Shown here piece by piece: positions 1-8,970 of a stretch of DNA of 62,279 nucleotides. The stretch comes from a candidate division WWE3 bacterium (GTDB lineage Bacteria; Patescibacteriota; WWE3; UBA101185; UBA10185). Made by a program: the position numbers and the translations under genes. Position 1 is the stretch's first letter. The number at the start of each line of letters is the position of its first letter. Location: assembly GCA_012798315.1 (NCBI GenBank), contig JAAZNL010000004.1:1-62279 (forward strand), in the 5' to 3' direction. Below the pieces are notes generated by a model. It was not told the origin of the DNA. It saw only the letters and a program-made list of their open reading frames with translations, and ran no database searches.

Positions 1-698
1 AAGAAGGAATTAAGGTTTTGTTGTTGGGAGAAGGTGCGGATGAGCTTTTTGGGGGATATTCTTGGTTCGGGCTCTCACAACTGCCGTTTAATCTACTGCC
101 CAAGCCAATCAGAGATAGCATTTATTATTACGCAATTTCCAGGAATTATTCATTTAATTTTTTACATTATTCCGGATATTGGAGTAAAAAATATTTTGGC
201 TCCGGTCCTACGTTTAACGACATCTCATCTCACGAATTATTTACTCAACTACCTAACCATTTATTAATGAAAGTAGACAAAGCGACCATGGCAGGTTCAA
301 TCGAAGCACGTGTCCCCTACCTTGATCATGGGCTAACTGAATATGTTTACGGTTTACCTCCAAGTTTTAAGTTAGCAGGAAAATTTTTTAACCCCAAACA
401 ATCCAATGAAAAAAGAATACTTAGAGACGTGGCTGCAAAATATTTACCTCAAAATGTCGCTTTTCGTAAGAAAAAAGGATTTTTATTACCAATGAATGAC
501 TTGTTGCGTGCAAATGTTGAAAATGTAAAATCCAGAGTATTATCCGGCGAATCTGTTTCTAAACAACTTTTAGGTTCAAAATTTGTTTCCGACCTTTTTG
601 TTGAATCGCCCGGCGCTCTAAGTAAAATGCAAAAAGAGTATTTTATGTGGCGGTTATTTCTGCTTGAGTCCTGGCTAAGACAATATAATATCAAATAA
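1..698 (+). CDS. asparagine synthase (glutamine-hydrolysing) family amidotransferase, C-terminal part; 5' end lies outside the window
   Basis: Frame 3 is open from the window edge (EGIKVLLLGEGADELFGGYSWF...). The GEGADELFGGY block and the following 226 aa match the synthetase domain of AsnB/WbpS-like enzymes. Confidence 0.85.
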   Translation, partial: EGIKVLLLGEGADELFGGYSWFGLSQLPFNLLPKPIRDSIYYYAISRNYSFNFLHYSGYWSKKYFGSGPTFNDISSHELFTQLPNHLLMKVDKATMAGSIEARVPYLDHGLTEYVYGLPPSFKLAGKFFNPKQSNEKRILRDVAAKYLPQNVAFRKKKGFLLPMNDLLRANVENVKSRVLSGESVSKQLLGSKFVSDLFVESPGALSKMQKEYFMWRLFLLESWLRQYNIK

Positions 699-699
699 T

Positions 700-1857
700 A
701 TGAAATACGACTTTGTTGTGGTAATCCACAGGCTTTACGATAAAGGAACAATTAAAAAGGGCGGTGTAGACCTAATTGTGGACTACCTGTTAAAAAGAAA
801 TAACATTATTTTGATGATCGAATACCCGCTTAATTACAGTCAGTCCAATGAGATGCGTGTTTCACAGCTAACTTACGGGGAGACAACCCCGCTTTATATA
901 AGCAGAATTCCCATACGGATTAATGTAATATGCTGGGTGCTGGAGTTTTTCTTAACTTTAACCAATATTTTCAGATTTGCGGGAACCGGTGGAATTATTA
1001 TTACAAGTGACCCGCTAACCACATTGCCTGCAGTTTTGCTTAGAAAGGCAGGAATGTATAAATTTCATTATTACCACTCTGTTGATTATTCAACGGACCG
1101 TTTTAAAAATGTTGTATTAAACGCAATATATTTAAAACTTCTTAAAATTGGTTTAAAAAACGCCGATTTGGTGGGTATTGTAACCAGGCAGGCCGCCCAA
1201 CGATTAACAGGATACGGAGTTAAACGTACAGTATACATTCCCAACAGTTTGGATTTTCATTCACTTGATGGTATTAGAAAACCGATCAACAATAGAGACC
1301 GCAATTCATTGGTTATAACCTGTTCGGATGTCTCACATAAATATTTAATTATGGAACTTGTACAGTTAACGGAAAAACTGAAGGAAATTTATCCTGCGAT
1401 AAAACTAAATGTTGTTGGCAAGTTCGATCCGAAAGACCTATATTGTAAAGAATTACTTACTTATACTGAGAGCCATAATTTACAGGAAAATGTTATTTTT
1501 CACGGACAGGTTATGCGCGAATTAAATTATCAAATTATTGCCCAAAGTTACATTGGGCTGGCATTCTACGACGGATTGCATTCTCATGTTATTTATGGGG
1601 ATGCTATTAAAATCAGAGAATACGCCGCGTTTGGATTGCCTTCAGTTGCTGACACGCACACATATACAGCTGTAGAGATGAATGAAGTAGGTGCAGGATA
1701 TACTGTAGCCAATGTAGAAACGGCTTTTGAAAAGGTGAGAACTTTATTAGATGGTGAACAGGATTATAAATCGCGATCTGAAGCCGCTTTAAAATGGAGT
1801 AAGAAATACGACAAACGAAAACTGCTGGAAAATTTGTATACGCAGTATTTTAAATAA
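700..1857 (+). CDS. glycosyltransferase, GT-B fold (GT4-like), paralog A
   Basis: 385-aa ORF that aligns over its full length with the ORF at 2727-3887. Shared blocks include HRLYD.G..K.GG.D, SDPL...PA..LRKAG..FHYYH..DYS..RFKN, NADLVG, IPNS.DF and IREYAA.G.P. The C-terminal half has a GT-B-like layout. Confidence 0.65.
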   Translation: MKYDFVVVIHRLYDKGTIKKGGVDLIVDYLLKRNNIILMIEYPLNYSQSNEMRVSQLTYGETTPLYISRIPIRINVICWVLEFFLTLTNIFRFAGTGGIIITSDPLTTLPAVLLRKAGMYKFHYYHSVDYSTDRFKNVVLNAIYLKLLKIGLKNADLVGIVTRQAAQRLTGYGVKRTVYIPNSLDFHSLDGIRKPINNRDRNSLVITCSDVSHKYLIMELVQLTEKLKEIYPAIKLNVVGKFDPKDLYCKELLTYTESHNLQENVIFHGQVMRELNYQIIAQSYIGLAFYDGLHSHVIYGDAIKIREYAAFGLPSVADTHTYTAVEMNEVGAGYTVANVETAFEKVRTLLDGEQDYKSRSEAALKWSKKYDKRKLLENLYTQYFK

Positions 1858-2686
1858 GTTCAAACAAAACGTCCCCGCTTTTAAACTCTTCGTCCTGTTC
1901 CAATTCGAAATTTCGGATAAACTTAATAACAACTTTTTTTCCTGATGCGTTTAGTAAATTGGTAACGTCAGAGATTGAATACTCTTCGCTGTTAAGTTCC
2001 ATAAGCAAATAATGTGTGCGCGAAAGTAAATTGGCTGCGCCTTTTAGAGCATTTAGCTCGTACCCTTCGACATCAAGTTTAAAAATATCAATTTGTGGCA
2101 GGTTCTTAAGTTCTTCGATATCGTCTAATTTTCGCATTTCTGCTTGATATGACGGGTTTTTATCGGATATTTTGGAAAAAGACGTTTCTTTAAAATTTAC
2201 GTCCATTCCGATTTTCCTGTTATCTTCACCTACAGCAAATTTATATGTGGTTACATCGTTAATTTTTTCTACATTTTTGACCAAAGCGTTGTAAGCGCTG
2301 TCTACAGGTTCAAAACAAAATATACTTGCGTTTGGGAAAATTTTTTTACACCCCAAAGTAAAATAACCCATGTTGGCACCGACATCTAAGATCACAGGTT
2401 TATTGTTAATATTTAGTTTGGTTAACCAGTAAATTTGTTCGGCAAGCATACAGGAATATCCGACTAAACCGTAAGGTGTTCCGTAGTATATTTTTTCACC
2501 GTTCACATTTATAAACGATTCTGCGGTTTTAAAGGGAATAAAAAAGTGTTTGAACAAAGTGTTGTATTTTCCAAATAAAATGTCCCATTTATCCGACGGT
2601 TTTAAAAAATTTACTCTGGTAATAAATTTATAATCGATTATTAAATTTCTTCGAAAAAGCCATGCCAGCTTGTCAATTATTTTCAT
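1850..2686 (-). CDS. FkbM family methyltransferase
   Basis: Motifs VILDVGANMGYFT (SAM-binding glycine loop), FCFEPV and IDIFKLDVEGYELNALKG are typical of the FkbM family. I placed the start at ATG 2686 (MKIIDKLAW...) rather than the TTG at 2734 used by the ORF track. Confidence 0.8.
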   Translation of the reverse strand: MKIIDKLAWLFRRNLIIDYKFITRVNFLKPSDKWDILFGKYNTLFKHFFIPFKTAESFINVNGEKIYYGTPYGLVGYSCMLAEQIYWLTKLNINNKPVILDVGANMGYFTLGCKKIFPNASIFCFEPVDSAYNALVKNVEKINDVTTYKFAVGEDNRKIGMDVNFKETSFSKISDKNPSYQAEMRKLDDIEELKNLPQIDIFKLDVEGYELNALKGAANLLSRTHYLLMELNSEEYSISDVTNLLNASGKKVVIKFIRNFELEQDEEFKSGDVLFELI

Positions 2687-2726
2687 ATATATAACAATTC
2701 TATTGTAAAATACACTTACTGCAACT

Positions 2727-3887
2727 ATGAACAAAATTGATTACGTAGTGTATATTCATCGTTTGTACGACTCAGGCAGACCTAAGTTAGGTGGTTTAGA
2801 CTATTTAATAGAACATTTGCTGGCAAATGGCAAAAGAGTTTTAGTGGTAGAATCACCTCTTTATCCTCGTCAATACAGCACCATTGTAGTAACTTACCGT
2901 GAAGGTACAGACATACAAAAACTTTATGATTTTGACCTGAGATTTTCCAACGACGCGTTTGTTTGGCTGGTTGGTATTTTGATTGATTTTTATGTTGCGG
3001 CCAGATACAAAACTAAAAATGCATATGTGTTATCGTCTGATCCGCTATCATCTTTTCCGGCCATTGTTTTGAGAAAAGCCGGCTTATTTAGATTTCATTA
3101 TTACCATTGCACTGATTATTCGGAAACACGTTTTAAAAACAAGTTTTTGAACCAACTTTATAGGTGGTTATTATCTTTAAGTATGCGCAACGCGGATTTG
3201 GTAGGGGCAGTCAGTAAAAGAATTCTAGACCAGGCCAGAGAATACAATCCTAAAAATATTACATATATTCCAAATAGTCCCGACTTTGAAAGCTATGCCA
3301 ATTATCGCGTTGCGGTAACTGACCGAAACAAAAAAATGTTAGTTCTTACATGCGCAGGAATTATTCAAAGGTACAACGTATTAGAAACTATCAGGATACT
3401 GGCCGAAGTTTTAAAAAGTATATCCGGCGTCAAATTGACTATCATCGGCAGTACTGATCTTGATAAGGACTATTATTCCAAGGTTTTATCAGAGATTGTG
3501 AAATTAGAACTTCAGGATTCCGTTATTTTTACAGGTTATGTTTCGCGCGAGGCCAATTGTGAAATAATCGCGCGTTCGTATATTGGTATAGCGTTATACG
3601 ATCCTGTAGATTCGTACTCTAAGTACGCCGATCCGTTAAAAATCAGGGAATACGCTGCACTTGGTATACCGTGTGTTTCCGATTTGGTAACAAGCGCCTC
3701 CGAAGAGATGGCAGAAAATAAAGCTGGATACGCGGTTTCCGATTATAAAGACGCAGTGGTAAAAATAGTTACGCTTTTACAGGACAATGAAACATATATT
3801 AAATTTAGTGAGAATGCACTAAAATGGGCTATGGCGTTAGACAAACAAAGGATACTAAAAAAATTAATTGATACCTATTTAGCATGA
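2727..3887 (+). CDS. glycosyltransferase, GT-B fold (GT4-like), paralog B
   Basis: 386-aa ORF paralogous to 700-1857, with the same conserved blocks. Its stop overlaps the next start (ATGA at 3884-3887). Confidence 0.65.
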   Translation: MNKIDYVVYIHRLYDSGRPKLGGLDYLIEHLLANGKRVLVVESPLYPRQYSTIVVTYREGTDIQKLYDFDLRFSNDAFVWLVGILIDFYVAARYKTKNAYVLSSDPLSSFPAIVLRKAGLFRFHYYHCTDYSETRFKNKFLNQLYRWLLSLSMRNADLVGAVSKRILDQAREYNPKNITYIPNSPDFESYANYRVAVTDRNKKMLVLTCAGIIQRYNVLETIRILAEVLKSISGVKLTIIGSTDLDKDYYSKVLSEIVKLELQDSVIFTGYVSREANCEIIARSYIGIALYDPVDSYSKYADPLKIREYAALGIPCVSDLVTSASEEMAENKAGYAVSDYKDAVVKIVTLLQDNETYIKFSENALKWAMALDKQRILKKLIDTYLA

Positions 3888-6800
3888 TTAAGAATTACCG
3901 GACATTTTTCTTTTTGTCATTGTTGGCAGGTTTAATACCCTTATTATGGTTTAAAGGGGTTCCCATAGCCGGGGAGGAGTTTTACGCGTTGGATTACGCT
4001 AAATGGGGCAGTCTGTTTTCGGGCGGCTGGTTTAACGCTGTAAATTGGGGAGAATACAGTCCCCTATCTGCTTTCAAATTCCAGGGGGCTCTTTTTGCCT
4101 TTTTGTATGTATTAGGTTTTTCAAAATACCTTGCCTTAGTGTTTTGGTATACCTCAATATCAGTACTTACTGTTGGGTTTATGTATTATTTTTTGTATAA
4201 AACGTTTGGTACAAAATATTCTCCTTTTTTGTACTTTATTTCCTCGGTTTATTATTTATTCTCGCCTTTCTTTTTAAACATTTCCGTTACGCTTTCTCCA
4301 CCGAAGCTTTTTTTTCTGGGTTTACCGGTTTTATTTATTATCTTTTTAGATTTATATCGGAACAAAAACATAACAGTAAAAGATATCGTAAAAATAAATC
4401 TTATACTTTTAGTTTTGTCTCCGATCTTTGTTAACATACCACTTGGGTTAGTTTTGTTAGGTGTTGTTTATTTAAACTTAATTTTTGTTTTGTTAGTTTC
4501 TCGTCTTAAGTGGAATAAAACAATTGGAATCTTGGCAGGTTTTACATTAGTTTACTTAGCATTAAATATTTGGTGGCTTATTCCTACCGCGTACAAGCAG
4601 TTTAGCCAGTCTGCTAGTGTAAAACAGGAGGCGTCAGCTTTCGTTACATTCGATAAAACAGCAACTTTGGATGCATTAAGCTTATTCGGCAGTTGGGCGT
4701 TTAGGGAAAACATTTTTAACACCGAATATTACTATTTTCCTTATTTTAAAAATTACGACACTTTTCCGGGGGGGATAATCAGATTCATACCTTATTTCTT
4801 TATTATTGTGGGGCTGGTGGGTTTAGTAAGAACGCGCCGTGGTTCCGACAAGACTGAAAAAGATTTTTTTATATATTACATATTTTTAATTCATATTGTG
4901 TTTTTGTTTTTAACCAAGGGTACGTCAGAACCCTTCGGGTTTGTGTACAAATTTTTATACGATAAATTCCCATTATTTTGGATGTTCCGCGAGCCTTACG
5001 CCAAGTTTGCGCCGGTTGCGGCATTTACTACATCAATGCTCTTTGTGTATGGCGCCGGGTACGCATACAGTTATATTAACGAGCGTTACATAAAGGCAAA
5101 GAACACCGCGCAACAACGGTATATAAATATAGCAATTTCTGTAGCCGCGCTATTAATAACTCTTATGTATGCGAGACCTTTTATTTTCGGTGATGTTATT
5201 TGGAATGTGAATGACAATAATTTGAGATCTTACCATGTTAAAGCACCCGAAGAATGGAAAAGTATTCAGTCCGGCTGGAAACCCGGGGAAGGATATTATT
5301 ATCAGTTCCCTTCAACCGACATTTATGATTCTTATAATTGGGAATCAGGATACAACGGTAATCCTTATTTGATGCTCACGAATGCAAAGTTGCTTAACCC
5401 GGAAAAAGGGTATAGCTCAAGTGAGAACATAGAAAGAAAATACATAACTTCGTACCTTTACAATTTAATTATCAATAATCCCGAAAAGTTAATTCAAAAC
5501 GCTTCCAGATACAATTTGAGTGGAATAATTTTGCAAAAGGATACTGTATATAACAATTACAAGTACGCCTTTAGTGTAATTCAACAAAAATATAACGATC
5601 TGTTGGAGTACGGAAATAACATAGTTGATATCTATCGTTTGAACGCACAGGAACCGATCTTGTTGGATATTGTGTCAAAAGCAGGGATTTTAAAATTAAA
5701 ACCGGAATCGCTGTCTTATTATCATCTAATTAGAGAGGTTACAGATCCAGCCAGTCTGTTGGTTATTAATTCACAGACAAACGATTATGCCGGCGTATCT
5801 CCTCAGGCAGGGAAGGATAATTATGAAGTTTCCTACGCATTAAACCCTGAAAGTGCGGGCTATAACTATTATCTTTATGGAAATATTGGCAATATATCTG
5901 AAATTCAATTGGATTCGAAAAATATTCAGGTTTCGGAAACAAAAGACAATTATATAAAAATCTCTGCGGATGTTTATAAAGACTGTTGTAAAACTATAAA
6001 GGTTCAAACCCGGGACGGGATTTTAAGCGGTGGTTCCGCGCCATTAATTTGGGGTTCACTGCCTGTGTTCGCCCCTGATATTAAACAGTTACAGAAACTG
6101 GATTCTCCTTATATATCCATAAACACAGAGCAGGTTTACTTGGCACCGTTGCCTTTTTTTGATCCTACACGTGTTAATCACATACAGTTTTCGCTGAAAG
6201 GAAATTATAACTATCCGGTAGGTATGTCGCTGGTGCAAGTGGATAACGACACCAAAAGTACCCGCTATTTCGTGAACTATAAAATACAGGACATCTCAAA
6301 ACCTTTAACAATTGTGTACGACGGAGTTGTAAATTCACTTACCAGTGTTTTTGAAAGCCCAAGTTACTACGTTGCAATTTACGGAATGAAATTAGTAGGT
6401 GAGGATCAAAAATCCGTTCCTTACCCGGAAGACATTAAATATGTTGCAAGCCCGGTTACGGTAGTCCAGGAAAGGATTCCGTATCTTTTTGCACTTCCTA
6501 ATGTAAATGTTGTAGAAAATATCCCGGTTGCGCCAGAATATAGGCAAATTACTAAGTCTCTGGTATTGGTAAAATTTCCTGATGAAATTAAAAATCAGTC
6601 TGTTTTGCAGTTCAAAAACTCCCACAACCCTTTGTGGCGTTTGGTACGAATAGATGAAGCTATGTATGCCCGTATTTCCGCTAATGGACTAGCATTTACC
6701 GATTTACTGAAATTGTATTCGGAAAATAAGTCAGGGCAGGAACCTCTGAACATTGAATATTATTCAAACGGATGGGAAATTGCACCTGAAGTTGCCGGTA

Positions 6801-6937
6801 CACATGCCGCAATTATTTTTCTTCCAAGTATGGTACAGGATATATGTTTTTATGTATCAAAATTAGCGTTTTTTGGAGTTATAGTATTATTAATTACAAA
6901 AATATTGCTGGCAAAAAAAAGGGAGGCACATTCGTAA
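3884..6937 (+). CDS. large polytopic membrane protein, putative GT-C-type glycosyltransferase (AftD/DUF3367-like architecture)
   Basis: 1017 aa. The N-terminal ~430 aa is a run of hydrophobic helices, followed by a ~550-aa soluble region and a terminal hydrophobic anchor (VSKLAFFGVIVLLITKILLAKK). The call rests on architecture and locus context only. Confidence 0.45.
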   Translation: MIKNYRTFFFLSLLAGLIPLLWFKGVPIAGEEFYALDYAKWGSLFSGGWFNAVNWGEYSPLSAFKFQGALFAFLYVLGFSKYLALVFWYTSISVLTVGFMYYFLYKTFGTKYSPFLYFISSVYYLFSPFFLNISVTLSPPKLFFLGLPVLFIIFLDLYRNKNITVKDIVKINLILLVLSPIFVNIPLGLVLLGVVYLNLIFVLLVSRLKWNKTIGILAGFTLVYLALNIWWLIPTAYKQFSQSASVKQEASAFVTFDKTATLDALSLFGSWAFRENIFNTEYYYFPYFKNYDTFPGGIIRFIPYFFIIVGLVGLVRTRRGSDKTEKDFFIYYIFLIHIVFLFLTKGTSEPFGFVYKFLYDKFPLFWMFREPYAKFAPVAAFTTSMLFVYGAGYAYSYINERYIKAKNTAQQRYINIAISVAALLITLMYARPFIFGDVIWNVNDNNLRSYHVKAPEEWKSIQSGWKPGEGYYYQFPSTDIYDSYNWESGYNGNPYLMLTNAKLLNPEKGYSSSENIERKYITSYLYNLIINNPEKLIQNASRYNLSGIILQKDTVYNNYKYAFSVIQQKYNDLLEYGNNIVDIYRLNAQEPILLDIVSKAGILKLKPESLSYYHLIREVTDPASLLVINSQTNDYAGVSPQAGKDNYEVSYALNPESAGYNYYLYGNIGNISEIQLDSKNIQVSETKDNYIKISADVYKDCCKTIKVQTRDGILSGGSAPLIWGSLPVFAPDIKQLQKLDSPYISINTEQVYLAPLPFFDPTRVNHIQFSLKGNYNYPVGMSLVQVDNDTKSTRYFVNYKIQDISKPLTIVYDGVVNSLTSVFESPSYYVAIYGMKLVGEDQKSVPYPEDIKYVASPVTVVQERIPYLFALPNVNVVENIPVAPEYRQITKSLVLVKFPDEIKNQSVLQFKNSHNPLWRLVRIDEAMYARISANGLAFTDLLKLYSENKSGQEPLNIEYYSNGWEIAPEVAGTHAAIIFLPSMVQDICFYVSKLAFFGVIVLLITKILLAKKREAHS

Positions 6938-7155
6938 TGGTATATGTAATTATGTTGACAGTATATTTGATAGCAAGGTTTTATATCTCAAACATGCTCC
7001 TGATGTTGTTTTATCTAAACATTTTGTTAATCGGTTTATTTGCTCTGATATTATGTATTGCCGGAATGACTTCGGCGGCACCCTTTGGTGTATACTCTTT
7101 TCTGTTATTTATTTTCATTTTTATCGAAGCATCCGTAAGTTTCTTTAAAAAATAA
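6937..7155 (+). CDS. small hydrophobic membrane protein (about 72 aa)
   Basis: The ATG at 6937 overlaps the upstream stop (TAATG) and lies about 10 nt downstream of GGGAGG (6921-6926), the clearest Shine-Dalgarno sequence I noticed in the window. The product is almost entirely hydrophobic helices. The 6844 start in the ORF track lies inside the upstream gene. Confidence 0.4.
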   Translation: MVYVIMLTVYLIARFYISNMLLMLFYLNILLIGLFALILCIAGMTSAAPFGVYSFLLFIFIFIEASVSFFKK

Positions 7156-7157
7156 GT

Positions 7158-7592
7158 ATGCCTCTTTGGATTCACGAAATTTTACATTTTAGTATTTTTG
7201 CGGTTTTGTATGGCTTTACCGGTCTTTTTTATAAACCATTCAAAGATGTCCGGCACTTTTTAATCGGATTTATGTCCGCTGTCTTGATAGATCTCGATCA
7301 TTTGCTGGATTACTTTTTATTTAATGGTTTTAGCAGGTTTAATCTATTTGAGTTTTTGTCTTGCGACTTTTATAACAAAGCGGGGAAGGCGTTTATTTTG
7401 TTTCACGGATGGGAATATCTGGCGATTATTTTAGTTGTTGCGATATTGCTAAAAAAGACTAAATGGTCTTCGGTTGCATTTGCGTTTGCGCTAGGTATGT
7501 GTGCCCACTTATTATTTGACACTTATGTCAACGGCCTGCCGGATTACTTTTACTTTATTAGCCTGCGCATTTTAAATGGATTCACACTATAA
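7158..7592 (+). CDS. integral membrane protein, function unknown (possibly a DUF457/YdjM-like membrane hydrolase)
   Basis: 144 aa with about 4 hydrophobic segments and an IDLDHLLDY motif plus downstream His residues. The family assignment is tentative. Confidence 0.3.
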   Translation: MPLWIHEILHFSIFAVLYGFTGLFYKPFKDVRHFLIGFMSAVLIDLDHLLDYFLFNGFSRFNLFEFLSCDFYNKAGKAFILFHGWEYLAIILVVAILLKKTKWSSVAFAFALGMCAHLLFDTYVNGLPDYFYFISLRILNGFTL

Positions 7593-8970
7593 TGGAAATA
7601 TGAAAGCCTTTCTTACCATTGTATTGGGCTCCGCCGTTATATTCTTTTGCAGCTGGTTTAGTGTAAGCAGTCTCAAAATTAATAGTTTGGATATTCAATC
7701 CGAGGATACACTTCCCGCAATGTTTTTGCCGTATTCTATAGTCCAAAACGGTAATATTTATCTGGATCGTTTTTATGATCAACTTGTAAAAAAATATCCC
7801 CAGCCCGACGATAAGGATTATAAAAAAGGTAATGTTCCGTTTTATTTAATTAAAGTAGAGAACCACTACCTTTCGGCTTTTACAATTATAGCGCCATTAT
7901 TGGCTTTACCGGTTTATTTTTTTCCGGTGATATTTGGCGTTTTGCCGACCTGGCAAAATTTGATAATTTTATCCCACATGGCCGAAGCGTTGTTAATGGG
8001 GCTATCCGGATGGCTTCTGTATTTGATTGCAACCAAGCGTCTTAATTTAGAAACAAAATTAGCCCGCACGGTTACTGTAATTTATTTATTTGCGACAATA
8101 AACTATGGATTAGTATCACAGGCTTTATGGCAGCACGGGTCTGTGCAGCTGCTTTTATTGACGGGATTATATTTTTATTTATCCGAATCGTATTACATAA
8201 ATTACTTACTATCCGGAATTTTTTGGGGTTTTGCTTTTTTGGCGCGTCCCACGGCGTTATTACCGATTGCGTTGTTTTTTGGTACAACACTTTTAAGTTT
8301 CAGACCGGTAAAAGAAAAGTTATCGAAATTAGTGGTTTTAGCTTTCGGGGCATTGCCGGCTGTTACATTTTTTCTGTGGTATAACAGTACTTTTTATAGA
8401 TCGTTTACAAATCAAGGGTATAGCAGTCAGCTATTTACCAGTTGGCTGGGTGATTTTCCGGTAAGTTTTTTTGGAGTTTGGCTTTCACCAAGCAAAGGAA
8501 TATTAATTTATTCTCCGATTTTAATATTTTCGTTAATCGGCTTTGTTTTAGCATTGAAGAACAAAAATAAGAAAGTAACAGATTTGTATATTATCTCCGG
8601 TTTCGTAGTTTTTATTCACACATTAGTAATTAGTTTTTGGAAACATTGGTATGGCGGCTGGTCATTTGGATATCGGATGAGTTCGGATGTAATACCCTTT
8701 ATGGTCTTAATGATAGTGCCCTTCTTACAATCAGCTTATTACCAAAAATATAAAAAACTTTTTATTTGTCTATTAACGTTATCAATTATAATTCAGATTT
8801 TGTCGTTTATTTTTTATGACGGAATCTGGCACGCCGCGTATGATAAAGGTTTTCACGATACATCCTGGTTATGGTCTGTTAAGGATTCAGAGTTTGTTTT
8901 TAATATAAGAAGAGTACTTGTAAAACTAAATTTGCTAAGTCAGGCGTGTCCAAAATGTTTACCGCAATAA
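7576..8970 (+). CDS. polytopic membrane protein, putative GT-C glycosyltransferase (ArnT/PMT-like)
   Basis: 464 aa with more than 10 hydrophobic helices and an acidic first loop (IQSEDTLPAMFLPY). It sits inside the glycan locus. An alternative start at ATG 7600 would avoid the overlap with the upstream gene. Confidence 0.5.
   Translation: MDSHYNGNMKAFLTIVLGSAVIFFCSWFSVSSLKINSLDIQSEDTLPAMFLPYSIVQNGNIYLDRFYDQLVKKYPQPDDKDYKKGNVPFYLIKVENHYLSAFTIIAPLLALPVYFFPVIFGVLPTWQNLIILSHMAEALLMGLSGWLLYLIATKRLNLETKLARTVTVIYLFATINYGLVSQALWQHGSVQLLLLTGLYFYLSESYYINYLLSGIFWGFAFLARPTALLPIALFFGTTLLSFRPVKEKLSKLVVLAFGALPAVTFFLWYNSTFYRSFTNQGYSSQLFTSWLGDFPVSFFGVWLSPSKGILIYSPILIFSLIGFVLALKNKNKKVTDLYIISGFVVFIHTLVISFWKHWYGGWSFGYRMSSDVIPFMVLMIVPFLQSAYYQKYKKLFICLLTLSIIIQILSFIFYDGIWHAAYDKGFHDTSWLWSVKDSEFVFNIRRVLVKLNLLSQACPKCLPQ

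Noticed and set aside
6844-6936. Upstream extension of the small membrane ORF (track start 6844)
   Set aside because: This part lies inside the 3' end of the 1017-aa gene in another frame. The ATG at 6937, with GGGAGG upstream and a TAATG overlap, is a far better start.
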